Source: Burkholderiaceae bacterium (GTDB taxonomy: Bacteria > Pseudomonadota > Gammaproteobacteria > Burkholderiales > Burkholderiaceae). From it: a stretch of 64,000 bases of DNA. Positions 47,649-58,143 of this stretch are shown here, one piece after another. The translations under genes were made by a program, and so were the position numbers. The DNA is taken from contig CANCPL010000001.1 of assembly GCA_947380065.1 (NCBI GenBank), positions 17,661 to 81,660 on the forward strand. Reading direction: 5' to 3'. Within the stretch, counting starts at the first letter, position 1, and each line of letters opens with the position of its first letter. Below the pieces are notes generated by a model. It worked only from the letters and a program-made list of their open reading frames with translations. It ran no database searches and was not told the origin of the DNA.

Positions 47649-47804
47649 AGTTCTTAGTCTCTAGTTTTTATAGGTGCAGCTGTTTTAACCCTGCATTTAT
47701 GCAGAGCTATATTCAAATTTGCAAATCCAAATTGAATTTAGCCAATAACTAAACCGGTATTAGATATGCAAAATAACGCTTTATTTTGGGTTATTTAACA
47801 CCCT

Positions 47805-47830
47805 AAGTCCTTGACGGCGCTCAAGGACTT
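47805..47830. terminator. 10-bp hairpin, probable terminator
   Basis: AAGTCCTTGA-CGGCGC-TCAAGGACTT just downstream of the small lipoprotein gene. Confidence 0.55.
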
Positions 47831-47849
47831 CAATTAAGGGTTTACCCTA

Positions 47850-48074
47850 TCAGAGCAGCGATGGTGAGGGTTTATCGCCAGGCGGAAGGGAGTAGTCCAA
47901 CTTTCGTTCATACAACCTTGCTTTGTAGCAATCCTGATATCCTTTGCTACCGATTTGCCAGCCAATTGAAGTACAGTCGTCCTGAGCAGCTGACTCAATG
48001 GAACCACAGCCCGTAAGGCCAAAAGAAGCGATCAAGGTAAAAACGGACAAAATGCGAAATATTGTTGAATTCAT
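47850..48074 (-). CDS. small lipoprotein
   Basis: Lipobox LTG-C, then C..IGW..G...Y..C; ATG 10 nt after the DUF748 stop. Confidence 0.8.
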   Translation of the reverse strand: MNSTIFRILSVFTLIASFGLTGCGSIESAAQDDCTSIGWQIGSKGYQDCYKARLYERKLDYSLPPGDKPSPSLL

Positions 48075-48084
48075 GACCACAAGT

Positions 48085-50505
48085 CTACTTGATTCTGATC
48101 TCAACATCGAGAGGAATCCCCTCTTTTCCAGCCACCACTGTCTTAACTTCCCCCAGCTGGATCCGGTCCTTAAGGCTAGGGTCAGCCTTAACCATGAAAC
48201 CATAGGCTGTCTTGGCCCTACTTTTTGCCAATTCATTAAGCTCGGCATCGGTGATCTCAATCCCAGAAATCAACTCCTCATGCAATTGCTCATTGCGCTT
48301 CTCGCCATCGGGAAGCATCAAAAGACGTTGCCCCAGTTTGATGCGACCAATGTATTGCGCATATGCCGCCTTTAAGCCTGACTGCACTTTTGGGTCTGTA
48401 AATGATGGGGTGGGCATTGGTTCACCGGGAGCCAACTTAAATCCGGCATCTTGCAAAATGGCGCCATCCGCCTTAGCTCTTGCAAGCTCCTTCCTATCTT
48501 GCGCAGGATCGTAGGTACCTATGATCTCTAAGCTCGAATTCGGGCGCTTCACTAGAAACTCGCCAAATTTTTCTAGGCGATCTTGGTCTGCAACGAGAAA
48601 GACTGCTTCACCCGGTACTGCATTAACACCCTCTTCGCCACCCATTCCCAAAATAGATGCGAGAGCTCTAAATGGTGCTGTTGCGACGTTTGTTAGAACA
48701 TTGCTAATGGCCTGCCAAACCAAGCCGCTGGCACTAAATTGTGGGGAGTCAACATTGCCCGCGATCCGAACTGTGACGTCAATCGTGTCATCAGAGTCTT
48801 CCAACAAAGCAATTGCCAAGCCAAGTGGTAATTTTTTGCCAGTAAAGTCCGGCACCTCGTCACCCAGCACTACCTTCTTAATAATGATCTGATTACTTCC
48901 ATTGAGTTCACCATTTTTGGCTTTGTAATTAAGATTAAGGTTTAGTCGGCCACTAGCAATTTGATAGCCTGCGAATGTCATGACCGCAGGATTTAAGGCA
49001 GTCAGCGGGAGGTTTCTAAAACTCATCAAGATATCGTGATTGCGTCGTGGGTCATCAAATGATGCTTGACCTTTTGCTCGCATACTTCCCGAGCCTGCAA
49101 CAACGCCATCCATCGCCACAGTAGCAAATCGATCAGGAGTATTACTCACACCCAAGAGTGTGGCATTGAACTTCTTCACATCCACTTTGAAATTAGGGCG
49201 CATTGCCATATCTGAAAAGTGCACTTCTCCACTCTTCAAATTGATAGATCGAATATCCAAATCGAAGGCAGAAGGAGCATCAGCCTTAGGGGCGGCCACA
49301 GGCTCAGACTTTGTTTCTGTCGTTGACTTAGTGAATAGCCTTCTAAAGTTAGAGAACCCTTCTTCATTTATTTCAAATTGAAGGGTTGGTGCGTCAATGA
49401 TCAATTCATCAATTGCTAGAGAATGACTCGCAGCTTGTTTTGATTTGACTGATTTGTATTCAAGCTGATGAATATCAGCCATCTTCCAAACAATCAGAGG
49501 ATACTTTTGATCCTTTTCTACAATAGCCAAATCTGCAATATGGATGTCACCAGAAACCGAATTAACCCCATCACCAAACTTCACGGCGAGATCTGCATTA
49601 ACTGCACCACTCTTACCAATCAGCTCTTTATTCGCCGGCACTAGAGTAATGATCGGTGCTATTGCCAGACCGTTAATCTCCACCTTGCCCTCGATTGACT
49701 TTGAATCGGTATTAAAGTCCCAATGCGAACGTAAGTCACCATCATCCAACCTCAAATTAAGCTGCACGCCTAACTTACTAGGCCGAGGATTATCTAGTCC
49801 ACCAGTAATAGCTACGTGCTGATAAGCGATTGTTTTATTGATGCCTGGTATTAAGACCTGCAAAGCGCCAAGATTAAAGTCGAATTGGCCACGTACACCT
49901 GTCACCACTCCTTTCTTATCGTAGTTGGCAACATCAAGCAGCTTCAGAGTAAAAGGCTTGAGCTCTTCTTTGAGCTTAGTAGAGTCATCAACTAAATGTA
50001 ATGCTGCGGAATTGACCAACAATTCATCGATAGAGATTTTGAGCGGCTTCTTGGTCTCATTGGTGTCTGAAGGCGGTATTGCCCTTTCAACGGCAGCAAT
50101 CAATTCCTGCCAATTCCAGACCCCTAAGTAGGCACCCTTAGGCAACCTCTTCTCGACCAATACCTTAGGCTCTTCAAGCAAGATCTCATGAAAGCCTAAC
50201 TCGCCGAGAACCAGCTTTGTCCAATTAAGGGTTATGGCCAGTTTTTTAAATTCCAACAATTTAGAACCACCCTCTTTTGCCAAGTGAAGGCCATCAAGCT
50301 CAACCCTTAGCCGCAATGGAGAAAGGCTGAGGCCTTGATAGGAGATCTCATAACCAATCTTGTTGCCATATTCAGTTAGAGACTTTTTAATCAACCCAGG
50401 CAGCAACAAATGGCTTCCAAACCAAAATAAGGCGGCTAAAAGAATAAAAAGTCCCACTAGACGCAGAGACCATCGCTTTATTCGGGATTTTGTGAGGGAA
50501 AGCAT
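48085..50505 (-). CDS. DUF748 domain protein (AsmA-like)
   Basis: N-terminal anchor, repeated beta-rich DUF748 segments and LPLGLAIALLED...ATAPF motif. Confidence 0.85.
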   Translation of the reverse strand: MLSLTKSRIKRWSLRLVGLFILLAALFWFGSHLLLPGLIKKSLTEYGNKIGYEISYQGLSLSPLRLRVELDGLHLAKEGGSKLLEFKKLAITLNWTKLVLGELGFHEILLEEPKVLVEKRLPKGAYLGVWNWQELIAAVERAIPPSDTNETKKPLKISIDELLVNSAALHLVDDSTKLKEELKPFTLKLLDVANYDKKGVVTGVRGQFDFNLGALQVLIPGINKTIAYQHVAITGGLDNPRPSKLGVQLNLRLDDGDLRSHWDFNTDSKSIEGKVEINGLAIAPIITLVPANKELIGKSGAVNADLAVKFGDGVNSVSGDIHIADLAIVEKDQKYPLIVWKMADIHQLEYKSVKSKQAASHSLAIDELIIDAPTLQFEINEEGFSNFRRLFTKSTTETKSEPVAAPKADAPSAFDLDIRSINLKSGEVHFSDMAMRPNFKVDVKKFNATLLGVSNTPDRFATVAMDGVVAGSGSMRAKGQASFDDPRRNHDILMSFRNLPLTALNPAVMTFAGYQIASGRLNLNLNYKAKNGELNGSNQIIIKKVVLGDEVPDFTGKKLPLGLAIALLEDSDDTIDVTVRIAGNVDSPQFSASGLVWQAISNVLTNVATAPFRALASILGMGGEEGVNAVPGEAVFLVADQDRLEKFGEFLVKRPNSSLEIIGTYDPAQDRKELARAKADGAILQDAGFKLAPGEPMPTPSFTDPKVQSGLKAAYAQYIGRIKLGQRLLMLPDGEKRNEQLHEELISGIEITDAELNELAKSRAKTAYGFMVKADPSLKDRIQLGEVKTVVAGKEGIPLDVEIRIK

Positions 50506-50582
50506 CTACTTGTCTTTATAGGTCAATATCAGTAACAATGAAAATGAACGCAGAATAATAAATATACCCCCTCAGGAGACCC

Positions 50583-51176
50583 ATGAAAACATTCCTCAAA
50601 AAACTGACCTTATCTATTGCGTGCCTTGCCGCCCTAGCGATGGGTGGTGTTGCTAACGCCCAAAACGCAGACGGGTTTACTGATCTGATTGATGGCGTGA
50701 GTTTGAGTGGGTGGAACATTATTGGGAGCGCCAACTGGGTGATTGGCAATGGCATTATCGAAGGCAATAAACCTTCTGGTTTTTTAGTGAGCGCCAAGTC
50801 TTACAAGAACTTTGTAATCAAGGCTGAGTTTTATGCCGAGTCTAATACAAATAGTGGTATTTTCATTCGCTGCCAAGATCCAAACAAGGTGAGTCAATAC
50901 ACTTGTTATGAAATCAATATTTGGGATACACGTCCCGAGCAAGCGTATGCAACCGGCGCTATTGTGGATGTTGCCAAAGTTGACCCAGTGCCTAAGGCCG
51001 GTGGACGCTGGAACACTATGGAGATTGTTGCAAATGGCTCCAACTTTAAGGTCCTGATGAATGGCATAGTGACGGTAGCTAACGGCCAAGATAGCAAATA
51101 TTCTGAAGGCCCTATTGCCCTGCAATCTGCTGGTGGCGTCATTCAATTTAGAAAGCTACAAATTAAGCCGATGTAA
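50583..51176 (+). CDS. DUF1080 (3-keto-disaccharide hydrolase-like) secreted protein
   Basis: NSGIF, YEINI, WNTMEI, GPIALQ and FRKLQIK motifs. Confidence 0.88.
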   Translation: MKTFLKKLTLSIACLAALAMGGVANAQNADGFTDLIDGVSLSGWNIIGSANWVIGNGIIEGNKPSGFLVSAKSYKNFVIKAEFYAESNTNSGIFIRCQDPNKVSQYTCYEINIWDTRPEQAYATGAIVDVAKVDPVPKAGGRWNTMEIVANGSNFKVLMNGIVTVANGQDSKYSEGPIALQSAGGVIQFRKLQIKPM

Positions 51177-51209
51177 AAGCAGCTACAAGAATAAAAGCTT
51201 CAATAATTC

Positions 51210-51235
51210 AAAAGCCGCTATTAGGCGGCTTTTTT
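51210..51235. terminator. bidirectional rho-independent terminator
   Basis: AAAAGCCGC-TATTAG-GCGGCTTTTTT between convergent genes. Confidence 0.85.
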
Positions 51236-51253
51236 CATTCTCAGGAAACTGTT

Positions 51254-51559
51254 TTATTTCGCTGGCGGGAAACCTGCCTTTTGTTCCCACATATTATTAA
51301 ATACATTAATGATGGGCTTTTCATAAACACCAGCCTTGGTATATGGCTCATCCTTTAGCCACTCATCGACAGCTGCACGACTAGGAAAATCAATTGCAAT
51401 CAAACTGCCGAGCGTTGTTTTACCATCTTCAGAAGTGAGCGGTCCCGCAAAAGCCATGCGATCCGATTGTTGAGCTAAATAAGCGCGATGCTCTGGTCGA
51501 ATTTGCACTCGCAGGTCTGCTGTGCCTGGGCGATCCATTAAAAGAATTGCAAAAATCAT
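51254..51559 (-). CDS. YciI family protein
   Basis: RPEHRAYL, AGP, GSL and EPY..AGV motifs; GGAGAG RBS. Confidence 0.9.
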   Translation of the reverse strand: MIFAILLMDRPGTADLRVQIRPEHRAYLAQQSDRMAFAGPLTSEDGKTTLGSLIAIDFPSRAAVDEWLKDEPYTKAGVYEKPIINVFNNMWEQKAGFPPAK

Positions 51560-51630
51560 TATCTCTCCACGATTATTTGATGTTGTTTTGTTGCTTAGTT
51601 GTTGTGTTTTTGTGATCTTATACGAATGCT

Positions 51631-53340
51631 CTACCAAGCCTGCTTCTTGCCATCAATCCAAGTTTCCTTGACTTGAATATTGCGTATTTTTTCTACCGCG
51701 GTCTTTCTGGGGTTTGCCGAAAGCACTACTAAGTCTGCCTGCTTGCCGACCTCCAAACTGCCGACCTTGTCATCAGAGAACATTTCATAAGCAGAGTTAA
51801 TGGTTACTGCACGAATAGCATCATCGATTGAAACGCGTTCTTCAGGACCAAGTACTTTACGCGGCGCCTTTTGCCAGAGGCGACCAGCACCCTCTGCAAT
51901 GTAATTCAAAGGGCCTACATTAGATACAGGGGAATCGCTGTGATAAGCAAAGCGTGCACCCTCTTTTTGAAACGAGGCTGATGGATCAATACGATTTGCG
52001 CGTTCCGGTCCCACGATGTGGTTGTGAAATGCTTCACCCCAATAATCAACGTGCCCAATCGTGAACCCAGGAATGACACCCATTTTGGCCGCGCGTTTTA
52101 CCTGCTCAGGATTATTAATCGTGAAATGCTCAATCCTCAAACGACGAGCCTTTGGATCCGGATTGCCATCCAGCAATTTACTGTAAGTATTTAAGGTTTG
52201 CTCAATAGTCCGATCACCATTAGCATGTGTAGCAATCTGCCATCCCTGATCAAAAATGGGTTTAGCCATCTTATAAATTTGATCATCGGTGTAATCTAAA
52301 TTACCCCGAAATTGAGTCCCTTTAGGATAAATATAGGGATCGTTTAATGCTGCTGTAATGCCTTGAGTAGAGCCATCTGAAACAAACTTCACACCCACAT
52401 AACGCAACTTATCGTCGCCATCATTAGGCTTAAGACCATTTGTGCCATTGGTTAGCAATGGGCCATATAAATACGCTCTGACACGCAATGGGAAATCATC
52501 GCCATGTACAAGGGTATTAAATAGCTTTATTTCATTGTCTAGACCTAACATCAAACCCAGTGTGATTTCTGCTGAAGTAGTTACGCCTTTTGAGGCAATC
52601 ATCTTGGCTGTTTTTTGCATGGCTGCCGCTAATTCAGCTGCGGAAGGAGCAGGCGCATACTTCAGGATAGACAGAATGGCCGACGGCTCAACAACTACAC
52701 CTGTTAAACGACCCTGAGCATCCTTCATATAAATACCGCCATCACCAGGATTTGGAGTTTTATCGGTAATGCCTGCAAGCTCAAAAGCCTTATGGTTCAC
52801 ATACAAAATATGGCCCGATTGATTCATGACTGCAATGGGTACCTCTGTCGAAACTTTATCCAAAACATCTGCAGTTAATTCGGCCATAAAGGGTTGCGTA
52901 CGCGATGGATCAACACCAAAAGCACCTAACCATTGGCCCTTTGGTAGAGTTTTTAGTCTTGCCTTGAGTTTTTGACTAAGCCTATCAATGGTGTCGTATT
53001 GGGACGTGAAATTCGATAGATTGAGCCAAAGCACTTCTGTCATTGCCGTCATCACTATATGAATATGCGGCTCTACAAAGCCCGGCATCAAAGTTTGACC
53101 TTTGAGATCAACTACCTTAGTGCTGCTTGCTTGCCACTCTTTGGTCACAGCATCTTTTGAGCCTACCGCCACAATCTTGCCGTTTTGTACGGCTAAGGCC
53201 TGCGCTTCTTCATTCTTAGCATTTACGGTAACAATGGGACCGCCATAAAAAATAGTGTCTGCAGCCTGAGCCGCAAAAGCTGTTTGATGAGCAGCAATCA
53301 AGCCCGTTGAAATTAGTACAACCTGAATGAAATGTTTCAT
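51631..53340 (-). CDS. secreted amidohydrolase (Amidohydro_3/YtcJ-like)
   Basis: Signal peptide, PGFVEPHIH, K..SDGS, HANGD, RIEH, SDSP and GSLEVGKQADLVVL motifs. Confidence 0.9.
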   Translation of the reverse strand: MKHFIQVVLISTGLIAAHQTAFAAQAADTIFYGGPIVTVNAKNEEAQALAVQNGKIVAVGSKDAVTKEWQASSTKVVDLKGQTLMPGFVEPHIHIVMTAMTEVLWLNLSNFTSQYDTIDRLSQKLKARLKTLPKGQWLGAFGVDPSRTQPFMAELTADVLDKVSTEVPIAVMNQSGHILYVNHKAFELAGITDKTPNPGDGGIYMKDAQGRLTGVVVEPSAILSILKYAPAPSAAELAAAMQKTAKMIASKGVTTSAEITLGLMLGLDNEIKLFNTLVHGDDFPLRVRAYLYGPLLTNGTNGLKPNDGDDKLRYVGVKFVSDGSTQGITAALNDPYIYPKGTQFRGNLDYTDDQIYKMAKPIFDQGWQIATHANGDRTIEQTLNTYSKLLDGNPDPKARRLRIEHFTINNPEQVKRAAKMGVIPGFTIGHVDYWGEAFHNHIVGPERANRIDPSASFQKEGARFAYHSDSPVSNVGPLNYIAEGAGRLWQKAPRKVLGPEERVSIDDAIRAVTINSAYEMFSDDKVGSLEVGKQADLVVLSANPRKTAVEKIRNIQVKETWIDGKKQAW

Positions 53341-53426
53341 GGGAAAGCCCTGAGGTGAAATTGACTCTGAAAGAGATAGCTTATCCCAAATTGAAAACAA
53401 CGCCTATAACCTCAAGTATCAAAGAA

Positions 53427-53448
53427 AAAACCACCCGAAGGTGGTTTT
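53427..53448 (-). terminator. terminator downstream of tRNA-Ser(GGA)
   Basis: AAAACCACC-CGAA-GGTGGTTTT, with a UUCG loop and U-tract on the minus strand. Confidence 0.85.
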
Positions 53449-53457
53449 CTTGATGCT

Positions 53458-53548
53458 TGGCGGAAGAGGCGGGATTCGAACCCGCGGTAGGCTATTAACC
53501 TACGCACGCTTTCCAGGCGTGTGACTTAAACCGCTCATCCACCCTTCC
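53458..53548 (-). tRNA. tRNA-Ser(GGA)
   Basis: CACGC-CTGGAAA-GCGTG anticodon arm, long variable arm, GTTCGAATC and CCA. Confidence 0.97.
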
Positions 53549-53606
53549 GGAAACCATGATTATACGTTTGCCGAAAGGGTTTGCTCCAAAAGCTGCTGTG
53601 TACTGC

Positions 53607-55580
53607 TTATAGCGACTCTTTGAGCTGGTCCAGGATATGTGGATTTTCGAGGGTGGAGGTGTCTTGAGTCACCTCTTCGCCTTTAGCAATCACACGCAAG
53701 AGACGGCGCATGATCTTGCCAGAGCGGGTCTTCGGTAAGTTATCACCAAAACGTACATCCTTCGGTTTGGCAATCGGGCCAATCTCTTTACCTACCCAAT
53801 TCCGCAACTCAGTCGCGAGCTTCTTAGCCTCATCACCTGTTGGGCGACCGCCTTTGAGCACCACGAATACGCAAATGGCTTCACCAGTCAACTCATCTGG
53901 ACGACCAACCACGGCGGCTTCAGCAACCAACGGGTTAGCCACTAAGCAAGATTCAATCTCCATGGTTCCCATACGGTGACCAGAAACGTTCAAGACGTCA
54001 TCGATACGACCGGTAATAGTGAAGTAGCCAGTATCTTTATTGCGGATTGCGCCGTCACCTGCAAGATACAAAGTGCCACCCAATTCTTCTGGGAAATAAG
54101 ACTTCACAAAACGATCTGCGTCATTCCAAATCGTACGAATCATCGAAGGCCATGGACGTTTTACTACCAAGATACCGCCCTGGCCATTGGGAACGTCAGC
54201 ACCAGCCTCATCCACAATCGCCGCTTGAATACCAGGCAATGGTAGTGTGCATGAGCCCGGAATCATTGGCGTTGCACCTGGCAATGGTGAAATCATGTGA
54301 CCACCAGTTTCGGTTTGCCAGAAAGTATCTGCTATTGGACAGTTGGAATTACCAACATGTTCGTAGTACCACATCCATGCTTCTGGATTGATTGGCTCAC
54401 CAACAGAACCTAAGAGGCGTAATGATGACAAATCGTAGCTCTTTGGATGCACTGCTTCATCGTTGCTCGATGCTTTAATCAATGAACGAATTGCGGTTGG
54501 TGCTGTATAGAAAATAGATGCTTTATGTTTTTGAATCATGTCCCAGAAACGGCCAGCATTTGGATAGGTTGGAACTCCTTCAAATACGATCTCAGTAGCG
54601 CCAACTGCAAGTGGGCCATAAGTAATATAGGAGTGGCCGGTTACCCAACCAATGTCGGCAGTACACCAGAACACATCGTTTGGCTTGATATCAAAGGTCC
54701 ACTTCATTGTGAGAATAGCCCACAAGAGATAACCGCCAGTGGAGTGCTGTACACCCTTTGGCTTACCAGTTGAACCAGATGTGTAGAGAATAAATAAAGG
54801 ATGCTCAGCGCTTACCCACTCTGGCTCGCAAGTTGTTGCTTCATTCGCTACGATCTCTTGCATCCAAACGTCGCGACCAGCCTGCATAGTGACATCAGTA
54901 CCAGTGCGCTTGCTAACGATGACATGCTTAACCTTAGGGCACTCGCCAGTAGAGAGGGCTTCATCACAAATCGCTTTTAATGGCAATGCTTTACCGCCAC
55001 GGAATTGTCCATCAGCAGTAATCACTGCTACCGCGCCAACGTCCATAATGCGATCACGCAATGCTTGGGCAGAGAAACCGCCAAACACTACGGAGTGAAT
55101 GGCACCGATACGGGCACATGCCTGCATGGCAACAATACCTTCGATGGTCATTGCCATATAAATAATGACGCTGTCGCCGGACTTAACGCCCATCTTACGC
55201 AGGGCATTTGCCATTTTGCAAACGCGCTCAAGCATCTCTTGATACGTTACTTTGGTAACAGTGCCGTCATCCGCCTCAAAAATGATGGCAGTCTTATCGC
55301 CTAAGCCAGCTTCAACTTGACGATCTAAACAGTTGTATGAAGCATTAGTTGTGCCGTCCTCAAACCATTTATAGAAAGGCGCTTTAGATTCGTCCAAAAC
55401 CTTGGTAAAGGGCTTTTTCCAATAGATATTCTCATTAGCAAGGCGACCCCAGAAACCGTCGTAATCCTTTTCTGCCTCAGCACAAAGCTTGTTATAAGCT
55501 TCCATGCTTGGAATTGCCGCATTCTTTACAAAGTCAGCAGGTGGGTTAAAAACGCGGTTTTCTTGCTTTAATGGTTCCAT
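53607..55580 (-). CDS. acs: acetate--CoA ligase
   Basis: [18 protein letters not shown] and [11 protein letters not shown] motifs. Confidence 0.97.
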   Translation of the reverse strand: MEPLKQENRVFNPPADFVKNAAIPSMEAYNKLCAEAEKDYDGFWGRLANENIYWKKPFTKVLDESKAPFYKWFEDGTTNASYNCLDRQVEAGLGDKTAIIFEADDGTVTKVTYQEMLERVCKMANALRKMGVKSGDSVIIYMAMTIEGIVAMQACARIGAIHSVVFGGFSAQALRDRIMDVGAVAVITADGQFRGGKALPLKAICDEALSTGECPKVKHVIVSKRTGTDVTMQAGRDVWMQEIVANEATTCEPEWVSAEHPLFILYTSGSTGKPKGVQHSTGGYLLWAILTMKWTFDIKPNDVFWCTADIGWVTGHSYITYGPLAVGATEIVFEGVPTYPNAGRFWDMIQKHKASIFYTAPTAIRSLIKASSNDEAVHPKSYDLSSLRLLGSVGEPINPEAWMWYYEHVGNSNCPIADTFWQTETGGHMISPLPGATPMIPGSCTLPLPGIQAAIVDEAGADVPNGQGGILVVKRPWPSMIRTIWNDADRFVKSYFPEELGGTLYLAGDGAIRNKDTGYFTITGRIDDVLNVSGHRMGTMEIESCLVANPLVAEAAVVGRPDELTGEAICVFVVLKGGRPTGDEAKKLATELRNWVGKEIGPIAKPKDVRFGDNLPKTRSGKIMRRLLRVIAKGEEVTQDTSTLENPHILDQLKESL

Positions 55581-55629
55581 GCTTCACAGCCCTCTATCTA
55601 ATAATCAATCATCTAAAATCAACTACAAA

Positions 55630-55646
55630 TGCGACAAAATGTCGCA
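55630..55646. promoter_or_regulatory. RegA/PrrA-like palindrome TGCGACA-AAA-TGTCGCA between divergent acs and fumarase
   Basis: Perfect 7-bp IR matching YGCGRC-N5-GYCGC. Confidence 0.5.
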
Positions 55647-55767
55647 AAATGACAGTTTTACACCCTTAAGACCTTAGAAGATAAGTGAAAACACTTGGGA
55701 TTTGCTCTATGGCAAACCCTTAAAATAGGGCAAACCTTACTATTAATGTGGAAATAAGCCTAAAACC

Positions 55768-57291
55768 ATGACCAATATCAAACAAAACGACCTCATTCAA
55801 AGCGTTGCAGATGCATTTCAGTTCATCTCCTACTACCACCCTAAGGACTTTATTACTGCCATGGGCAAGGCTTACGAGTTGGAACAGGGTCATGGTGCAA
55901 AAGATGCGATTGCTCAAATTTTGACCAATAGCCGGATGTGTGCCGAAGGCCATCGACCAATGTGCCAAGACACTGGTATTGCAGTGGTGTTCCTGAAGAT
56001 TGGTATGAATGTGCAATGGCCTGACGCAACGATGAGCGTCAGTGACATGGTGAACGAAGGTGTGCGTCGCGCTTACCTAAATCCGGACAATATGTTGCGC
56101 GCTTCTGTTTTGGCAGATCCCGCAGGCAAGCGTAAAAATACCGGCGACAACACTCCTGCCGTTATCCATTACGAAATTGTTCCGGGCGATGATGTTGAAG
56201 TAATTTGCGCAGCTAAAGGTGGTGGCTCAGAAAACAAGGCCAAGATGGTCATGCTCAATCCTTCTGATTCAATTGTGGATTGGGTTCTCAAAACCGTTCC
56301 TACAATGGGCGCAGGCTGGTGTCCTCCTGGCATCCTGGGCATTGGTATCGGTGGTACACCAGAAAAAGCCATGCTCATGGCAAAAGAATCTTTAATGGGT
56401 CCAGTAGACATTCAAGATCTGATTGCTCGGGGAGCGAAGACTCGCGCTGAAGAACTCCGTTTAGAGCTCTATGAAAAAGTAAATAAACTGGGCATCGGCG
56501 CTCAAGGCCTAGGTGGCTTGGCTACTGTTCTGGACATCAAGATCATGGAATATCCAACCCATGCCGCTTCCCTGCCCGTTGCCTTGATTCCGAACTGCGC
56601 AGCAACCCGTCACGTCCATTTCCATTTGCATGGCGATGGTCCAGCAAAACTAGAGACCCCTTCACTCTCAGATTGGCCTGATGTCACTTGGACACCAGAT
56701 GTTCAAAAATCCAAACGCGTGAATTTAGAGACCCTCACTGCTGAAGAAGTGGCGAGCTGGAAACCTGGTGAGACCTTATTACTAAACGGCAAAATCTTGA
56801 CAGGTCGTGACGCTGCTCATAAACGTATTCAGGACATGCTTGCTAAGGGCGAAGAATTGCCAGTGAGCTTTAAGAATCGGGTAATTTATTACGTTGGCCC
56901 AGTCGATCCAGTGCGCGATGAAGCGGTTGGTCCAGCAGGCCCCACTACTGCAACCCGCATGGATAAGTTTACTGAGATGATGTTAGCTAAAACTGGCTTG
57001 ATTTCCATGATTGGCAAAGCAGAGCGTGGACCCGAAGCTATTGAGGCCATTAAGAAACATAAGTCAGCCTACTTAATGGCTGTTGGTGGTGCGGCCTACT
57101 TAGTATCTAAAGCCATTCAAACTTCTAAAGTGGTCGGTTTTGCCGACTTAGGCATGGAAGCCATTTATGAGTTTGATGTGAAAGATATGCCGGTGACTGT
57201 CGCAGTGAACTCAGAAGGCATCTCGATGCATCATGAAGGTCCACGTGACTGGCAAGCCAAGATTGCTGGTATTCCAGTGAAGATTGCTTAA
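55768..57291 (+). CDS. class I (Fe-S) fumarate hydratase
   Basis: CQDTG, KGGGSEN, GWCPPG and GPTTATRMD motifs. Confidence 0.95.
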   Translation: MTNIKQNDLIQSVADAFQFISYYHPKDFITAMGKAYELEQGHGAKDAIAQILTNSRMCAEGHRPMCQDTGIAVVFLKIGMNVQWPDATMSVSDMVNEGVRRAYLNPDNMLRASVLADPAGKRKNTGDNTPAVIHYEIVPGDDVEVICAAKGGGSENKAKMVMLNPSDSIVDWVLKTVPTMGAGWCPPGILGIGIGGTPEKAMLMAKESLMGPVDIQDLIARGAKTRAEELRLELYEKVNKLGIGAQGLGGLATVLDIKIMEYPTHAASLPVALIPNCAATRHVHFHLHGDGPAKLETPSLSDWPDVTWTPDVQKSKRVNLETLTAEEVASWKPGETLLLNGKILTGRDAAHKRIQDMLAKGEELPVSFKNRVIYYVGPVDPVRDEAVGPAGPTTATRMDKFTEMMLAKTGLISMIGKAERGPEAIEAIKKHKSAYLMAVGGAAYLVSKAIQTSKVVGFADLGMEAIYEFDVKDMPVTVAVNSEGISMHHEGPRDWQAKIAGIPVKIA

Positions 57292-57336
57292 TTGCTTCAT
57301 TTCTTAACTACTTCATCAGCGACTACTGAGTAAATA

Positions 57337-58143
57337 TTGGCACTTATTGGGGTTTTCGATTCTGGCGTTGGAGGTTTATCCATTTTGGATGAGGCTCTGC
57401 GTCAGCTACCCCAACATAACTATATCTATCTCGCTGATTCTGCTAATGCTCCTTATGGTGAAAAGTCCAGTGATTGGATCGCAGATCGCAGCTTAAATCT
57501 CTGCAGCTATCTTGCTAGCAAGGGATGTGACGCTATTGTGATCGCTTGCAATACTGCAACGGCTGAAGCCATTAAACAAATTCGGGATGCACTTGCTATT
57601 CCGATTATTGGTGTAGAGCCAGGCATTAAGCCAGCAGCCATGCAATCTCAGAATAATATTGTGGGAGTTCTCGCTACTGAAGCAACCCTTAAAAGCGACA
57701 AGTTCATTGCTTTATTAAATACTTTGCCAAATGATTGTCAGTTCATTAAACAAGCAGGTGCGGGATTGGTGCAGTTAATAGAGTCTGGTCAAGCCGATAG
57801 CGCGGATACCCTTGAGCTTTTGGCTAAACACCTCGAGCCTATTCAGGATGCAGGGGCTGATACCTTGGTACTAGGATGCACGCACTACCCCTTTTTAAGA
57901 AAGTCCATCCGAAAACTGCTTGGTGAATCCATCACTCTGATAGACACCAGTGATGCCGTGGTCAGACAACTGAAGCGGCAGATTGATTCACTTCAAAAAG
58001 AAAGTGGAAGTAAAGAATTTGGATCGGTACTATTTCTGAGCAGCAAGAATGAAGCGTCGCTATTGTTCATGGCGCAAGATTTAATGTCTGCAGACTTAAC
58101 TTCACATGCAGTAGAAGCTCGTATCTTAGGTGAAGTGAGATGA
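57337..58143 (+). CDS. murI: glutamate racemase
   Basis: FDSGVGG, ACNTAT and LGCTHY motifs. Confidence 0.96.
   Translation: MALIGVFDSGVGGLSILDEALRQLPQHNYIYLADSANAPYGEKSSDWIADRSLNLCSYLASKGCDAIVIACNTATAEAIKQIRDALAIPIIGVEPGIKPAAMQSQNNIVGVLATEATLKSDKFIALLNTLPNDCQFIKQAGAGLVQLIESGQADSADTLELLAKHLEPIQDAGADTLVLGCTHYPFLRKSIRKLLGESITLIDTSDAVVRQLKRQIDSLQKESGSKEFGSVLFLSSKNEASLLFMAQDLMSADLTSHAVEARILGEVR

Noticed and set aside
10468-53469. Shared TGGCGGAAGAGG at 10468 and 53458 as possible attL/attR of a 43-kb element
   Set aside because: Both copies belong to complete, different tRNA-Ser genes, and the interval contains core genes such as pgi and nadABC.
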